Part shown: piece by piece, positions 1-14,379 of the stretch
How the letters are laid out: the number at the start of each line of letters is the position of its first letter
Numbering within the stretch: the stretch's first letter is position 1
NCBI RefSeq assembly: GCF_009914755.1
Contig: NC_060936.1
Direction: 5' to 3' (one strand)
Source: the human T2T-CHM13v2.0 reference genome, Homo sapiens
DNA length: 64,000 nucleotides
Program-made: the position numbers and the translations under genes
The notes under the pieces: model-generated
Databases searched by the model: none
What the model was told of the DNA's origin: nothing
What the model saw: the letters and a program-made list of their open reading frames with translations, nothing else

Positions 1-930
1 TAATCTTATACATTTGTCAAATTATGACATCACTATCTGTACATTGTTATTAACTAATTTCCAGGCATTATCTGTACCCACACTAAAGTCCTTTTACTTC
101 CTGGGCATCCAATTCAAAATTCCAGGTTTCATTTAGTTGTCATGCCACCTTATTTTTCTCTTTTATGTGTATTTCTCATATTTTCTTTGTTTCTCATCAC
201 CTTAACAATTTGAAGAGTACTCTAGATACTACATAAAATGTTTCTTAATTTGAGATTTTAAAGTATTTTTCTCAAATATAGCTGCCTCATGTGTTTTTGG
301 AAAAAAATACCACAGAGGTAAAGTGCTATTATTATTGCATCATATTAGGGGATAAATTATATCCATATGATATCGTTGAGGCTGTCACCCTTCATTGCAT
401 GGTTAAGATAGGGTATGTCAGTTTCCTCTATTATAAAGTTACAGAATTTTCCATTTCATACTCTATCCTTTGGAAACAAATTATTCAATTCAAGCTACCC
501 TCAAGGGAGCCAGAAATTAAGCTCAATGTACTAGAAAAGTTATATCTATATATAAATGTTAGAATTCTTTGTTCATTATCCCTTATCTATTTACCTATTC
601 AATCATTTATTGATATCATTATAGACATGCATATTTATCTGATACTTTGGGTTATAATTCAATGTTACATGTATATTTTATTGCTCAAATTGTTTTAGCT
701 TTGTCTATTGAGGTCTCTTAAACGTTGGCATCTGTGTTTCTTTGACATGCACTTACTATTTTGTTTTTGTTCATTCTTTACTTTCTATTACTACAAGATG
801 CTTCAGGATTATCTTGTATTTTCACTGCATCAGTCCTAGAATTAGGCACTTTTCTAAGGATCCCCTGTTCTTTTATTGAAGAATGGTATTAGAAACTAAG
901 TTTTTGGTCCAGGTGTGCTTATTTCTACCT
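1..930 (-). mobile_element. Ancient L1 3' region (L1MC-like)
   Basis: Degenerate matches to recalled L1MC 3'-end motifs (e.g. catttagttgtcatg, accacagaggtaaagtgc, ctaaggatcccctgttcttttattg). Boundaries approximate. Confidence 0.65.
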
Positions 931-1039
931 GGCTAAACCTCTCCAATTTAATGAGACTACCGTGACTGTTCTATTTGTCTCTGAAATCTGCTCCTCTCCT
1001 ATTCCCCATTCCAAATTTCCATTATCTTTTAGTAGATTC

Positions 1040-1240
1040 TATTTTTCATAGCACACATCACCTTTTAATATGCTATAGAATTTGCTTGTGTATCCTGCTT
1101 AATTGTCTGTTTTCTCCTGTTTCTACAATTTAAGTTTGACGAGGATACAGATTTCTGTTGTGGCCACTATTGTATATCTAGCACACAAATAAATACCTGG
1201 TACAGACTTAGTAATTATATTTGATAACAATTTATTGATA
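1040..1240 (+). mobile_element. L2 LINE 3' fragment
   Basis: ttcatagcacacatcacc...tatctagcac...cctggtacagac resembles the L2 3' terminus. Confidence 0.6.
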
Positions 1241-1629
1241 TTTGTAATAGAGTTTGAATCTAAATGCATATTTGAATTCACCTCATGAAAAGTTAAACAT
1301 ATCAAATTTTGTTTAAAGTGAAAAATGCATATAATTTAGATCAATTCTCGTCATAGGATTAGAAAATTCCAAAGACAAGCAGGAATCTGCACTATGACTA
1401 CTAAGTAAAGACCCCAAATTTATTGGATTCACATGTTATTGTATAGATAATGGTATGTAAAGGTTCAAATAATTTCTCTTCAATGTAAGTTTATTGCTGT
1501 TGTCCTGTAAGACAGTCAATTTAGTATCAAACACAGCAATCAAACATAACCCCCTTTCATTAAATCGTGTGTAAATATGAGATCATAATATGCTCTTTTA
1601 TTTTTGTTTTGCTATTGTTGTTAATGTTT

Positions 1630-4600
1630 TTACTTTTTTTCCCTCTTTTTCAACTTTTATTGTAGAATTAGGAGAAACATGTGCAGGTTTGTTACAAACA
1701 TATATGTGTTATGCTGATGTTTGGGGTCTGACTGGACCTATCACCCTGATAGTGAGCATAGTATACAATAGGTAGTTGTTTAGCTCTTGCCCCCTCCTTC
1801 TCCCCTCTTGTATTCCCAAGTGTCTATTGTTCCCATCTTTATGTCCATGTGTACTTAATGTTTAACTCTTGCTTATAATTGAGAACATGTATTATTTCTG
1901 TTCCTGCATTAATTTGCTTAAAATAATGGCCTTCTGCTGCATCTGTGTTGCTACAAACAACATGACTTTGTTATTTTTTTAATCACTGCATAGTATTACA
2001 TGGTATACACGTACTAAATTTTATTGATCTAGTCCACCATTGATGAGCACCTTCATTGATTCTATTTTTTTGTTGCTGTTATGAATAATGCCACGATGAA
2101 CATACAAGTGCATGTGTCTTTTTGGCAGAGCTATTTATTCTCCTTTCAATATATACCCAATAATGGGATTGCTGAGTTGAATGGTAGTTCAGCTCAGTCC
2201 TTTGAGAAATTTCCAAACTTCTTTCCACAGTGGTTAAATTAATTTACGTTTCCATCAATAGTGTATGTGTTCCCTTTCTCTCCAGCCTCACCAACATCTG
2301 TTAATTTTTGACTTTTTAAGAAAAGTCATTGTGACAGTTGTGTATCTCATTGTGGTTTTGATTTACATTTCTTTGATGATTAATGATGATAAACATTTTT
2401 TCTTATATTTGTTGGCTGCATATGTTCTGTTTTGAGAAGTGTCTGTTCATGTAATGGAGTAATTTTTGGGTTGAATTAAGTTTCTTATAGATTCTGGATA
2501 CTAGAACCTTGATGGATGCAGTTTGTGAATATTTTTTCCCATTCTGTGAGTTGTTTGTGTATGTCTTTGATAGTTTTACTGTGCAGAAGATCTGTAGTTA
2601 ATTGGTCATACTTATCAATTTTGGTTTTTGTTGAATTTGCTGTTGGGGACTTAGCCATATATTATTTGCCAAGAACAATATTGAAAAGAGTATTTCCTAG
2701 GTTTTTCTTTTTTTATGGGACTTTTATAATTTGAGGTCTTACATTTAATTCATTAATAATTCTTGAGTAAATTTTTGTATATGGTAAAAGGTAGGGGTTC
2801 AGTATTATTCTTCTGCTTATGAATAGACAGTTATAAAAGCACCATTTATTGAATAGAGAGTCCTTTCCCCATTGTTTGTTATTGTTGACTTTGTCAAAGA
2901 TCAAATGACTTTGTAGCTTTATTTCTTGTTCTCTGTTCTCTGTGCATAGCTTTATTTCTCGTTCTATGTTCTTTTCCATTGGTCTGTGTGTGTGTGTGTT
3001 GTTGTATCAGTACCATGCTGTTTTGGTTACTGTAGCCTTGTAGTATAGTTTTAAATCAGGTAATATGATGCTTCCAGTTTTGATCTTTTGGCTTAGGGTT
3101 ACTGTGGCTATTTGGGATCTTTATTGGTTCCATATGAATTTGGGGATTTTTTTCTAGTACTGTGAAAAATGGCATTCATAATTTGCTAGGAATAATGTTC
3201 AATTTGAAAACTGCTTTGGGCAGTATGGCCATTTTAACAATATTGATTCTTCCAATTCATAAAGATGAAATATTTTTCTATTTATTTGTGTAATTTTTCA
3301 TTTCTATCAGCAGTGTTTTGTATTTCTCCTTGTAGAGGTATTTTAATTCCTTGGTTAGATGTATTTCTAGGTATTTCTCTCTTTTAGCAGCTATTGTAAA
3401 TGGGATTGTGTTCTTTATTTGGCTATCATCTAGAAATTTATTGGTACATAGAAATGCTACTTATTTTTGTACATTGGTTTTGTATCCTCAAACTTTACTG
3501 AAGATATTTATCAGCTCTGGGAGCCCTTTGGCAGGGCTGTTAAGGTTTTCTAGTTTTGGAATCATATCATTGGTGAAAAGAGATAGTTTGACATGTGATT
3601 TTCCTATTGGATGCATTTTTTTTCCTTACTTGATTTCTCTGACTAGGACATCCAGTATTATGTTGAATCAGAGTGATAAGAGTGGATATCCTTGTCTTGT
3701 TCCAGTTCTCAAGAGGAATGTTTCCAGCTTTTGTTGGAATGTTTATGATATTGGCTGTGAGTTTGATGTAAATACCTTTTATTATTTTGAAGTGTGTTCC
3801 TTCAATTCCTAGTTGCTCAAGGTTTTTTTGTTTTTGTGTTTTTATCATGAAGAGGTGTTGAATTTTATCCAAAACTTTTAATGCATTTATTAACATGATC
3901 ATATGGTTTTTGTTTGTAATTCTGTTTATGTGGTAAATCACAATTACTGATTTGAAAAATGTAGAACCAACATTGCACTTCAGGAATAAAGCCTGCTTGA
4001 TCATGGTGAATTAACTTTTTGATGTGCTACTGGATTCAGTTTGCTAGCATTTTGTTGAGAATTTTGGGGTCTATGTTTATCACCAATATTGACCCAAAGT
4101 TTTATTTTTTCATAGGGTCTCTGCCACATTTTTGTAGGAAAATAATGCTGGCTTCATAGAACAAGTTAGAGAAGACTCCTTGCTTCTTGATTTTTTGGAA
4201 TAATTTTAGTAGGTTTGGTACTAGCTCTTCTTTGTATGTCTGGAAGAATTTGGCTGTGAATCCATCTGTTCCATGGCTTTTTATAGCTAGTAGACTTTTT
4301 ATTACTGATTCTGTTTCATAATTTATTATTGGTCTGTTCCTTTCTTCCTGGTTCAATCTTGGACAGTTATCTGTTTCCAGGAATTTCTCCATTTTCTCTA
4401 GATTTTCTAGTTGGTGTGCATAGAGGTGTTCACAATAGTCTCAGGATTTTTTATATTTCTGTGGGATTTGGTTGTAATCTCATCTTTTTCAATTCTAATT
4501 GTGTATTTGGATCTTCTTTCTTTAATTCTTTGTTAATCTAGCTAGCCATATATTCATTTTGTTTATTCTTCCAATGAGCCAACTTTTGGTTTCATTGATT

Positions 4601-7560
4601 TTTTGTATAGACATTTGCATCTCAATTTTATTCAGTCCTTCTCTGATTTTACTTATTTTTTGTCTTCTGCTATCTTTAAGTACATTTTTTTCTAGTTCCT
4701 CTAGGTGCAATTCTATATTGTTAATTGGAGAACTTTCTTACTTTTGATGTAGGCATTTAACATTATAAACTTTCCTTTTAACAATACTTTAGCTGAATCC
4801 AAAATATTTTAATATGTTGTATCTTTATTTTCAATAGTTTCAAATATTTTCTTTATATTTCTGCCTTAAATTCATTGTTCACCCAAGTGTCTTTCAGGAG
4901 CAAGTTGTTTAATTTCCATGTAATTGCATAGCCTTGAGAGATCATCTTGGTATTGATTTCCATTTTTATTGCACTGTGGTCCAAGTGTGTGAATGCTATG
5001 GTTTAGGATATATATATATATATACATTTTTATTTATTGACCATTTACCATTATGTAATGCTCTTCTTTGTCTTTCTTGATTGTTGTTGGTTTAAAGTCT
5101 GTTTTATCTGGCATAAGAATAGTGACTCCTGCTCTTTTTTTGTATTCTGTTTGCATAATAAATCTTTCCCTTTCTGTTTACATTGAGCCTGTGAGTGTCA
5201 TTACATGTGAGATGGGTCTCTTGAAGCCAGCACACAGTTAGGCTTTGTCTTTTTTTCCAAGTTACCACTTCATAACTTTTTAAGTTGGATGTTTAGACCA
5301 CTTACATTCAAGGTTAATGTTGATATCCTAGATTTTGAGACTTTCCTCATGTTGTTAACTGTATATTTTGTTCACTGGATTATGAGGTTGTCTTATGGTG
5401 TCAGTAGGCTGTGTACTTAAATGTGTTTGTGGTGGCAGGTATTGTTCTTTCATTTCCATGCTTATCACTCTCTTAAGGACCTCTTTTAAGGCAGGTTAGA
5501 GGAAATAAATTCCCCTAGTGATTGCTTGTCTAAGAAAGATTTTATATCTCCTTTGCTTATGAGGTTTTATTTGGTAGGATATGAAATTCTTGGTTGGAAT
5601 TTCTTTTCTTTAAGATCACTGAAAATAGGTCCTCCATCTCTTCTGGCTTCTGAGGTTTTTGTTGAGGCATTTACTATTAACCTAATGGTGTTTCCTTTGT
5701 AAGTGATCTGACCCTTCTCTCTAGCTGCCTTTGATGTGATTTATTTTGCATTGACCTTAATAAATATGATGACTGTGTGCCTTGGGGATAGTCGCCTTGT
5801 ATAGCATTTCATGGAGGTTTTCTGTATTTCTTGAATTTGCATATAAATCTCTCTAGCAAGACTGGGGAAATATTTGTGCCCTGTATTCTCAAATTCATTT
5901 TCAGAGTTACTTATTCTTTCTCCTTCTGTCTGAGAAATGCCAAGGAGTTGTTTATTAGATCTCTTTTCATAATGCTTTCTTAGAGGTTTTATTTCTTAAA
6001 ATTACTATTTCTTTATTTTTGTCTGACTGAGTTGATTTGATGAACTGGTCTTCAAGTTGTGAGATCATTTCCCTAGCTTAGTCTAGTTTGCTGTTAATGC
6101 TACCAACTCTGTTAAAAAATTATTGTTGTAAATTTTTCAATTCTAGGAATTTGGTTTTGTTTTTTCTTAAAATGACTAATTTGTCTTTTAACTTTTGGAT
6201 CATTTTATTGGATTCCTGGATCCCTTGGATTGGGTTACAACTTTCTCCAGAATCTCGATGAATTTCCTTGCCATTCCTTCTGAATTCCATGTCTATTATT
6301 TCAAGAATCATTCTGGGGAGCTAATATGCTTATTTAGAGGAAAGAGGACACTGAGTTTTTGGATTGCCAGAGTTTTTGCGCTGATTCTTTCTGGTGTTCC
6401 TTTGTCCTATTGGCTTTTCTGTCATTTGGATGCAATTTTTTTTGTATTTATATTCTTTATTTACTTTGAGGTTTAAGCTGTGGTGTAAGTTGAGTATAGT
6501 CAATTAGCTTAATTTCTGTGTGCTTTCAGAGGGCCAAGGCTCTGTATGTGATCTTTATTTGTGGCTAGGTTCTTGCCCTGGGTTTCACAGGAAATGTATA
6601 ATGGCAGAATATTTTTGGTGTTGTGATTTTTGCTGTTTAAGACTAATGTAGGAGACACTTAAGAGTAATGGCTGGTAGATAGGCTTTTACTCAGCCAGAT
6701 ATTTTGTATTTCAGTGAAGTCACAGTAGTGCTCCATTTTGGTGGTGGGGAAGAGGGGTAACCTCCTTGCCAGATCTGCTCCCAGGTTTTAGGGAGCCTAC
6801 TCCCATCATTGGCACTGCCTGCATTTCCTTTCTTAGGTGTTCCAGGCTTCAGGGCTCCCTCAGACAGAAGCTGTGGCTGGCAGACTGGCCACACCTTTCC
6901 TAAACCAGCCCTACAGAGTGAGGCATACCCTGCTCCCATGCCAGCCCAGGAACCCAAGTCTCACCCCTCACAGTGTTCTGAGAGTGAAGGCTCCTCCCTA
7001 GCTTGAGTGCCGGCTACAGATCTCATTTTGGCACTCCTGAGCTATGTACTGCAGCCCTGGGGCTTTGGGACTGGGCCCAGAGCTCTGTCTTCTGGCTCTT
7101 AAGGTCATGCCCTGGCTGTGCTGGGGGACACAAAATGTTTTCAGGCCACCAGGAAAGCACTCAGGCAGGGCTGCCAGCAAAGCAACCAAGGTGGATGGCA
7201 GAGGCTGTGCAGTGCTTCTGCTCTTGCAGGAACAACCAGGTAGGACCTTGGGGTGCAGGTATTGGGCAGAAGTGCCTGCAGAAAAGATGCGCCTCAGTCC
7301 TGTGGGTAAGACAGCCCTGCTCTCTCTTGGCCTGGCAGTTAGATGGGGTTAGATGGACAGCTTTGAGATATAAGCACCTATGATCATGTTCCACTGCAGC
7401 TGTCCCATGCACAACACCCCTGGGCCCCATGCAAGCTGGAGCTCTGTCTCTGTCTACTCTCTGGGCCAATCTCCCTGTCTATTTAATGTCTATGGTGGGA
7501 GAAGCGGTTGTGGGATATCTTGTAGTTAGGATTTCAGATGTCCTGAGTGAGAGTGGGCTG
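1630..7560 (-). mobile_element. Near full-length degenerate L1 (older primate L1PA15/16-like): 3'UTR, ORF2, ORF1 and part of the GC-rich 5'UTR
   Basis: T-rich tail at ~1630. Minus-strand ORF2 remnants (KDSLFNKWC 2713-2979; PRLNQEE/DGFTAKF 4102-4392; INETKSW 4522-4710), ORF1 coiled-coil remnant 6120-6311, GC-rich 5'UTR ~6500-7560. Endonuclease region is internally deleted at the (TA)n near 5010-5040. Confidence 0.9.
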
Positions 7561-7842
7561 ATGCACAACTTTATGCTCATAAATAGTAATTATTTATGTA
7601 TAAAAGTAGATATTTATATATTGTGGTTTATATCTTTAAATGTTAAAGCGAATTAAAATATTTCAATAATGAATAAAATATTCAGAATAAATAAAAATTG
7701 AGGTCAATTATGTTTCAAAAAAACTGGCTTTTTTCCCCCAAGAGCTGTATGTAATACAAGATAAACCATATTACTTAAGAATATACTTTTATTATTGGTT
7801 TGAGGATAATTTATATTCATAAAAAATTGCTTAGAGATATAA

Positions 7843-8056
7843 CCAATAGTGTTCTGGAGTTAGATTTTAACAGCTTGTGAGAGCTGAATGTTCCTGTCTC
7901 TTCCTTTCTCTGCTTCATTTACTGACATATTGGTATCTTAAAATTAGTATTGCTGGGAGTACTTACACAATGAAAATTAACAAATACTACAAATTAAGAG
8001 ATTTTGTGTGTGTGTGTGTAAAACAAATTGTTAAAAATTCACCAGCACATCACGGA
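7843..8056. mobile_element. MER63-like hAT MITE
   Basis: Degenerate terminal inverted repeats ccaatagtgttctgg ... ccagcacatcacgg; internal gagagctgaatgtt and ttgttaaaaatt match the recalled MER63 consensus. Confidence 0.6.
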
Positions 8057-9162
8057 ATCTCATCTAAACTTTGCACATTTAGCAATATAGTAATCATTTT
8101 CCCCCCTATTTCAGTGAAATCACATTCTTATTTTATATTTTTTGTTTAAATATGTATTTTTTCTTTTGAAGATATAGTACAGCCATTAATTTAAAAATGT
8201 GATTACTGTTAGAAAAGTACCTTTTTTTGACTTTATAGTGTGAAAGAAATAATGAGCCATACTTCAATATCTGTTTTACTGTTGGAATATTCAAGTTTTA
8301 ATTAATATTTCAGAGAACATTATTTTTTATGAAAGTGAAAGCGCTCTTCAGAAATTCTCCAGGCACTGTCCATCATCTTTCACTGAATTTAGAAAATTTC
8401 AAAATTGATCTGCTTGATCAATTTATCCATTTCAGATGACTTTAGGAAGATAGGACAAAATGGGATGAAACTCATTAATGAATTGCATGGTGATTGAGAA
8501 GCCCATCTTAGACCGCAAAAGAAAAATTTAAATTTGTAGGCAAAAAAAAGTGTTCAGCAAGTTAATATTTCCTCTCTTGGGAGGTACTCCCTCATCACAT
8601 AGTCAGAGTACCTTCTGTCTTTATTTTTGAGTTTGGCAACATCTGTGTTATTTTAGTCTATGACTGAAAGGGCTACAAAATGTGGTATCACATGCATCAT
8701 TATTCCCTGGAATGAAGCTTGAAACTAGATCATGATTTAGTCAAAATTCAAAGATATTTCTAATTATATTTACTTTGAGGACATACATAAACTTTTAGGG
8801 TAGTAACTTGCATTTCTGAAACAAGAAAATTAAAAAAGAAAAGCTATTCTTTAGTTGCTGTTGTTCAGAATTGCAGGACATTGTGGTACAAGGAAAACCT
8901 TTTTTATGGTAGAGAACAAATTTTCTAAACTAGATGTCTTTTGAGGTACATCAAAATTGGTCTGTATTTATTATTATGCAAATTTGCACCAGTTCCCACA
9001 GTGAATGCCAAAAAAAGGTGACAGTTTCTTTTTGTATTTGTGATTTACATTCTTTCTAGGACATGCAGTTTATAGTTTTAATATATAAAGACTTGGAAAA
9101 TAGAATCAAGTTGCAGTAAATTTTAAAAGACTTATCCATTGAAGAGAGAATTTCATTGTAGT

Positions 9163-9725
9163 GTAGTCACCCCTCTGTACTCATGTATTTCATATTTGCA
9201 AATGCTTCTACTTGCTAAAATTTATTTACAACCCCAATATCTATAATAGCAGTTTAGTGGTCATTCACAGATTTCAGAGGAAAAGCAAAAATTTTGAATT
9301 GCCTAATGAGTTTTCAACTGAGGTTGAACAAAGTGACTCTTTGCCTTCCTGTTTCAGCTCTCGTATTGTAAAGTAGCTTTCTTTTCTTGGTCTTCTTAGT
9401 GCCACATTTTCACATTTTTCATTTTCCTCTCTTCTCTCTTTCTTTCTTTTTCTTTCTTTCTTCTTTCATTTTTTGTTTGCTTTTTTTGGTGTTTCTGTTT
9501 TTTAAAATGGTGCTCGAGTATAGTGCTGAAGGAAATCTCCCATTCTTAAGGCCAAAATACTTTGTGAAAAAATACATGTGTTAGCTAAGCTTCATTTAGG
9601 TGTGAGTTACAGTGCTATTAATCATGAGTTCAATGTTAATGAACCAATAATACGAGTTAAATTAGGTATCTTTAAAGAAAAGCACACAGGTTATGTATTG
9701 ACCAGTTACTTGAAATTTTGTGGAG
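9163..9725 (+). mobile_element. MER82-like Tigger-derived DNA transposon
   Basis: ctacttgctaaaatttattt, gaggttgaacaa..tgccttcctgtttcagctctc and catgagttcaatgttaatgaa match the recalled consensus. Confidence 0.75.
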
Positions 9726-10779
9726 AACCATTAATTACATAAAAGCTTTTAATATTAAATGCTACTCTATACTTAAATAAAACACAGATATTTCTAGTAA
9801 AAATTAACGAATGTTAATGATATGGATTTTACAATCAACTAAATACTATCAATCCAAGAATTACCTTTTGAAAAGGCTTTCCTAAAAGTTGGTCTCATTT
9901 TAGGAACAATTGTCTTTGATAATTGTTATTAGTTCTGTAGACCCTAGATGACCTAGTCATTCAATTACTAAGATTATTCAACTAAGTTAAAACTTTAGAA
10001 GTGTGTAATAGAATAATAAGAAAATAAAAATGGTTAACAAGTCTAAATCTTCATTATCTGCTTTTAAAATATAATAAACTTCTACATTTTATGTATATCA
10101 GAGTGTTTGTTATCTTTATAATATTAATCTATATCATTTAACAAAGAGAGAGGATAAGTGGGAGGAGAAGGAAAAGGAGAAAAATAGATACCATACATTG
10201 AATACTTATGAAGCAGGCATTTTTTCTCTCTCTCTTTATATCTATGTTTTATATATATATATACACACACACATACAGGTGTAAATATAAATAGGATTAT
10301 ATATATTTACATATAATCCTATTTTGTCTAATTACCCCCATAATAAGTAAATATTAGTAATCCAGTTACACATATAAAGGTACTGGGGGCTACATGTATT
10401 TGATCAGCAAGTTCAAAGTCGCACAACTGGTGAGGAAGAGAGCCCTTCAAAAGTGGATAGGCCTGACTCCACAGCCAGGAAATAGAGACATAAAGGAGTC
10501 TCTTTCTGTCTCTATATAGCTTTTATCTTATAATACTCATTCTTCGTAAAAGATCCCCATCTTTAGCCCATCAAAGAAAAGCAAGAGCAAACACAATAAT
10601 TATTTTATATCCACTCTTATTAATTGTTCTCTTTTCAGGATCATTTTTGTAATTTGAAATGTTTCATTACTCCCATATTCAACACTATGAATAAAGAAAC
10701 AGCACTCATGAATATAAGGTGAGAACTGGCCTGAGTAGAGGGTAATTCTAAATAAAATTAACCATATATTTTTTTAATT

Positions 10780-11265
<486 letters not shown>

Positions 11266-11339
11266 CTAAAGAATAGATTTAAAATAATATAAAGTAAATT
11301 AATGAAAAGAAATTGGATTATATAAGTAAAAGTTTATCT

Positions 11340-11515
11340 CTATTCCATGGGGCATCAGCAGTTTTGCTTGACTGGAGGCTGAAATATCCACTTTGAAGAT
11401 TCTCATTCATGTGGCTATTAAGTTGGTGCTGGCTGTCAATTGAAAGCTCACAGGGCTTTGGCCAGGAGTATTAGTTCTTCTTCAAATGAACCTCTCCACT
11501 GGCTGCTTAGCGGGT
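11340..11515. mobile_element. MLT1 (MaLR) LTR fragment
   Basis: aagttggtgctggctgtc and cctctccactggctgctt are typical of old MLT1 LTRs. Confidence 0.55.
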
Positions 11516-12954
11516 GAGCCAGTGGCACAATTAATATAACGGGTTTTTACAAATTTTAATAGGCTCTATACATCATTTTAATTAAGTGAGGTTTATTCCC
11601 CTGATTTATTGTTTCTAGTAAACGTGTGATTTCTCCATCATTTTGTTAAAGTTAGGATTTCCACAAACCTCCAACCCCACTGGGAATCTTCCCAATATTT
11701 CAAAGAAACAGGTTTTTGACACTATCTTTTATCAATCCAGTGGGATTTTTAGTACAAATATTACTGCAGTGCTTTTATTTCAGTTGAAATTGTTCAGAGA
11801 AGACCAAGGCAGATGATCAAATGCAATTCTTTCTAATGGCATCACAGTATAACAAATGTATTTGTTTTCTGGATTTGTGACAAGTAGCAAACTCTGTTTA
11901 TAAATACAGATTGCACCTCAGGTACTAGTGACACTCTGTCACATCACATCACAGAGTTTCCACTGAGCAATTTTAGGGTGTCTGATTCTCAGTCTTTCTA
12001 TGCCTGTTTTTATAAGCTGAATGTGATTGGTTTTGTTATACTAAACCAAAACTTACAGCAAAACGTAAGTTCTCCCTGCCACTCATGCTCATCTTTGTTG
12101 TCATAGGTATCTGAAGTGGCATAAAGGACAAAGATTTTCCAAAGAGAAATTACTGCATCTACTCCTCTCTTCCCCTTCTCCTCTTTTTTGTTTTTTGTTT
12201 GTTTTTTGGTCCTCTACAGTAAGAGGATATCTCAAAACACTAACACTAACGAATTTACTATCTTCTCTAAACTTTTATGGCGAATTAGGCACAGCTGAAA
12301 TCAATGGAAATTCTCTCCTGCAGGGTTTCTGAAGGTTTGATTCTTCACACAAGGGATTTGCCAGGAAATCTCAGTTATGGTTTGGACTCTGCTGAGGGTG
12401 TGATCCCTGCTGGGAGAATCTCTTGCAACAGGGCTGAAGACCACTCCTACAGGACTGGTTTTGGAGTAACTCAGAGGATAAATACACCACATGATCTCAA
12501 GAGCCTCTGTCCAGATAGTCAGAGGATGGTCTTTGCAGCCACTGCCATCTCCCAGTTAGAAATAGGTGTGTCCAGACTTTCACCAACGGCTCAGTTACTG
12601 CTCTTCTTCACATTTTAGTGGTTTGTCAGTGTTTGACAATTAAACCTCAAATTTAGATATATGATTATAATGGAAGAGATGGTGAAGTGGGAAGAATAAT
12701 GGTTTCTAGTCTTGGATTTAAAAATTTCACATATGTTGGAGTCCCTTTATGAATTCATGTAAGTTATTAATTTATGAGATAAATAAATTGCCCACAATTA
12801 TACCAAATAAACAGAATCCCATAAACAATAAATGCATCCAAGCCTAAAACAATCATTGACAAAGCTCATGGAAAGAGCATAAAAAAAGGTTTTTACTCCT
12901 TCCCAAACACTGACAAAGAAATAGTCAAATAAAAGAATAGTTAATCATATTGAC

Positions 12955-13170
12955 TTAGAGTTTGTGCAAATCCCGACCCCTCTACTTACTAGTTGTGTGA
13001 TCTTGAGCATGTCTTTTAGTCTCTAAGGGTCTCAGAGTTCTCATTTGCAAAATGAGAAATAATACTTAACTCATGAAATTGTTGTGAGGATTAAATGAAT
13101 TTTTAAAGATCTGACATTCTTAGAACACTGCTTGGAATTAAGTAAACGTGGGATATGTTTTCTGTTGTTT
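12955..13170 (+). mobile_element. MIR SINE
   Basis: Core ctacttactagttgtgtgatcttgagc...ctcatttgcaaaatgag...gttgtgaggattaaatga. Confidence 0.85.
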
Positions 13171-13204
13171 TGTTGTTTTTATCTTCACCAATGATTTTAA
13201 TGAT

Positions 13205-13575
13205 ATTAGCCAGCATGTGACATAGCTGATCACTTCCTCTTAGAAATGCATATTTTCATTTAGAATCTAAACTATCACACTTCTTGATTCTCCTACTTTA
13301 TTTGTTTTTTTCTTTCCAGTATCTTTTACTGGTCCTTTCTCATCTTGTTGTAGTAACTCTAACACCAAATTCTCCAGGGCCTCTAAATTTCTGATGCGCC
13401 TCAGGGGTCATTCACTGGACTTTTTTTCTATCTATACTTACTCACTTGGTGATATCATACAGGCTTATGGTGTTAAACTTCCTCTACATGCTGAAAACTC
13501 TCAAATATACATCACCCATCCAGACATGTTTTCTAAAAACTCTTGCCAATTACTTACTCTCAATATCCATATTTG
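13205..13575 (+). mobile_element. L2 fragment
   Basis: tgacatagctgatcacttcctcttagaaa and ctcacttggtgatatcatacagg resemble the L2 ORF2 3' part. Confidence 0.55.
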
Positions 13576-13659
13576 AATTTGTAGAAAGGAGAAGCGAAAA
13601 CAAGTTTTTTATGAGAACTAAAATTTGTATGATTTGAGGGACCTTAAGAAAAGAAAATA

Positions 13660-14305
<646 letters not shown>

Positions 14306-14307
14306 AT

Positions 14308-14325
14308 TGGTGTCACGACCAGGAT
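14308..14325 (+). other. Primer binding site, tRNA-Ser
   Basis: TGGTGTCACGACCAGGAT versus the recalled tRNA-Ser(CGA) complement TGGCGTCACGAACAGGAT (16/18). Confidence 0.85.
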
Positions 14326-14379
14326 CTCGAGGTGAATGAGCCTTCAGTCCCTACTGATTCTGGGTCAGCCTTGTTGCCA

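Noticed and set aside
291-698. 135-aa hydrophobic ORF
   Set aside because: Non-ATG start, AT-rich ancient L1 3' region; hydrophobicity reflects T-richness.
6691-7469. Cluster of ORFs in a GC-richer patch
   Set aside because: L1 5'UTR sequence, open in several frames on both strands.
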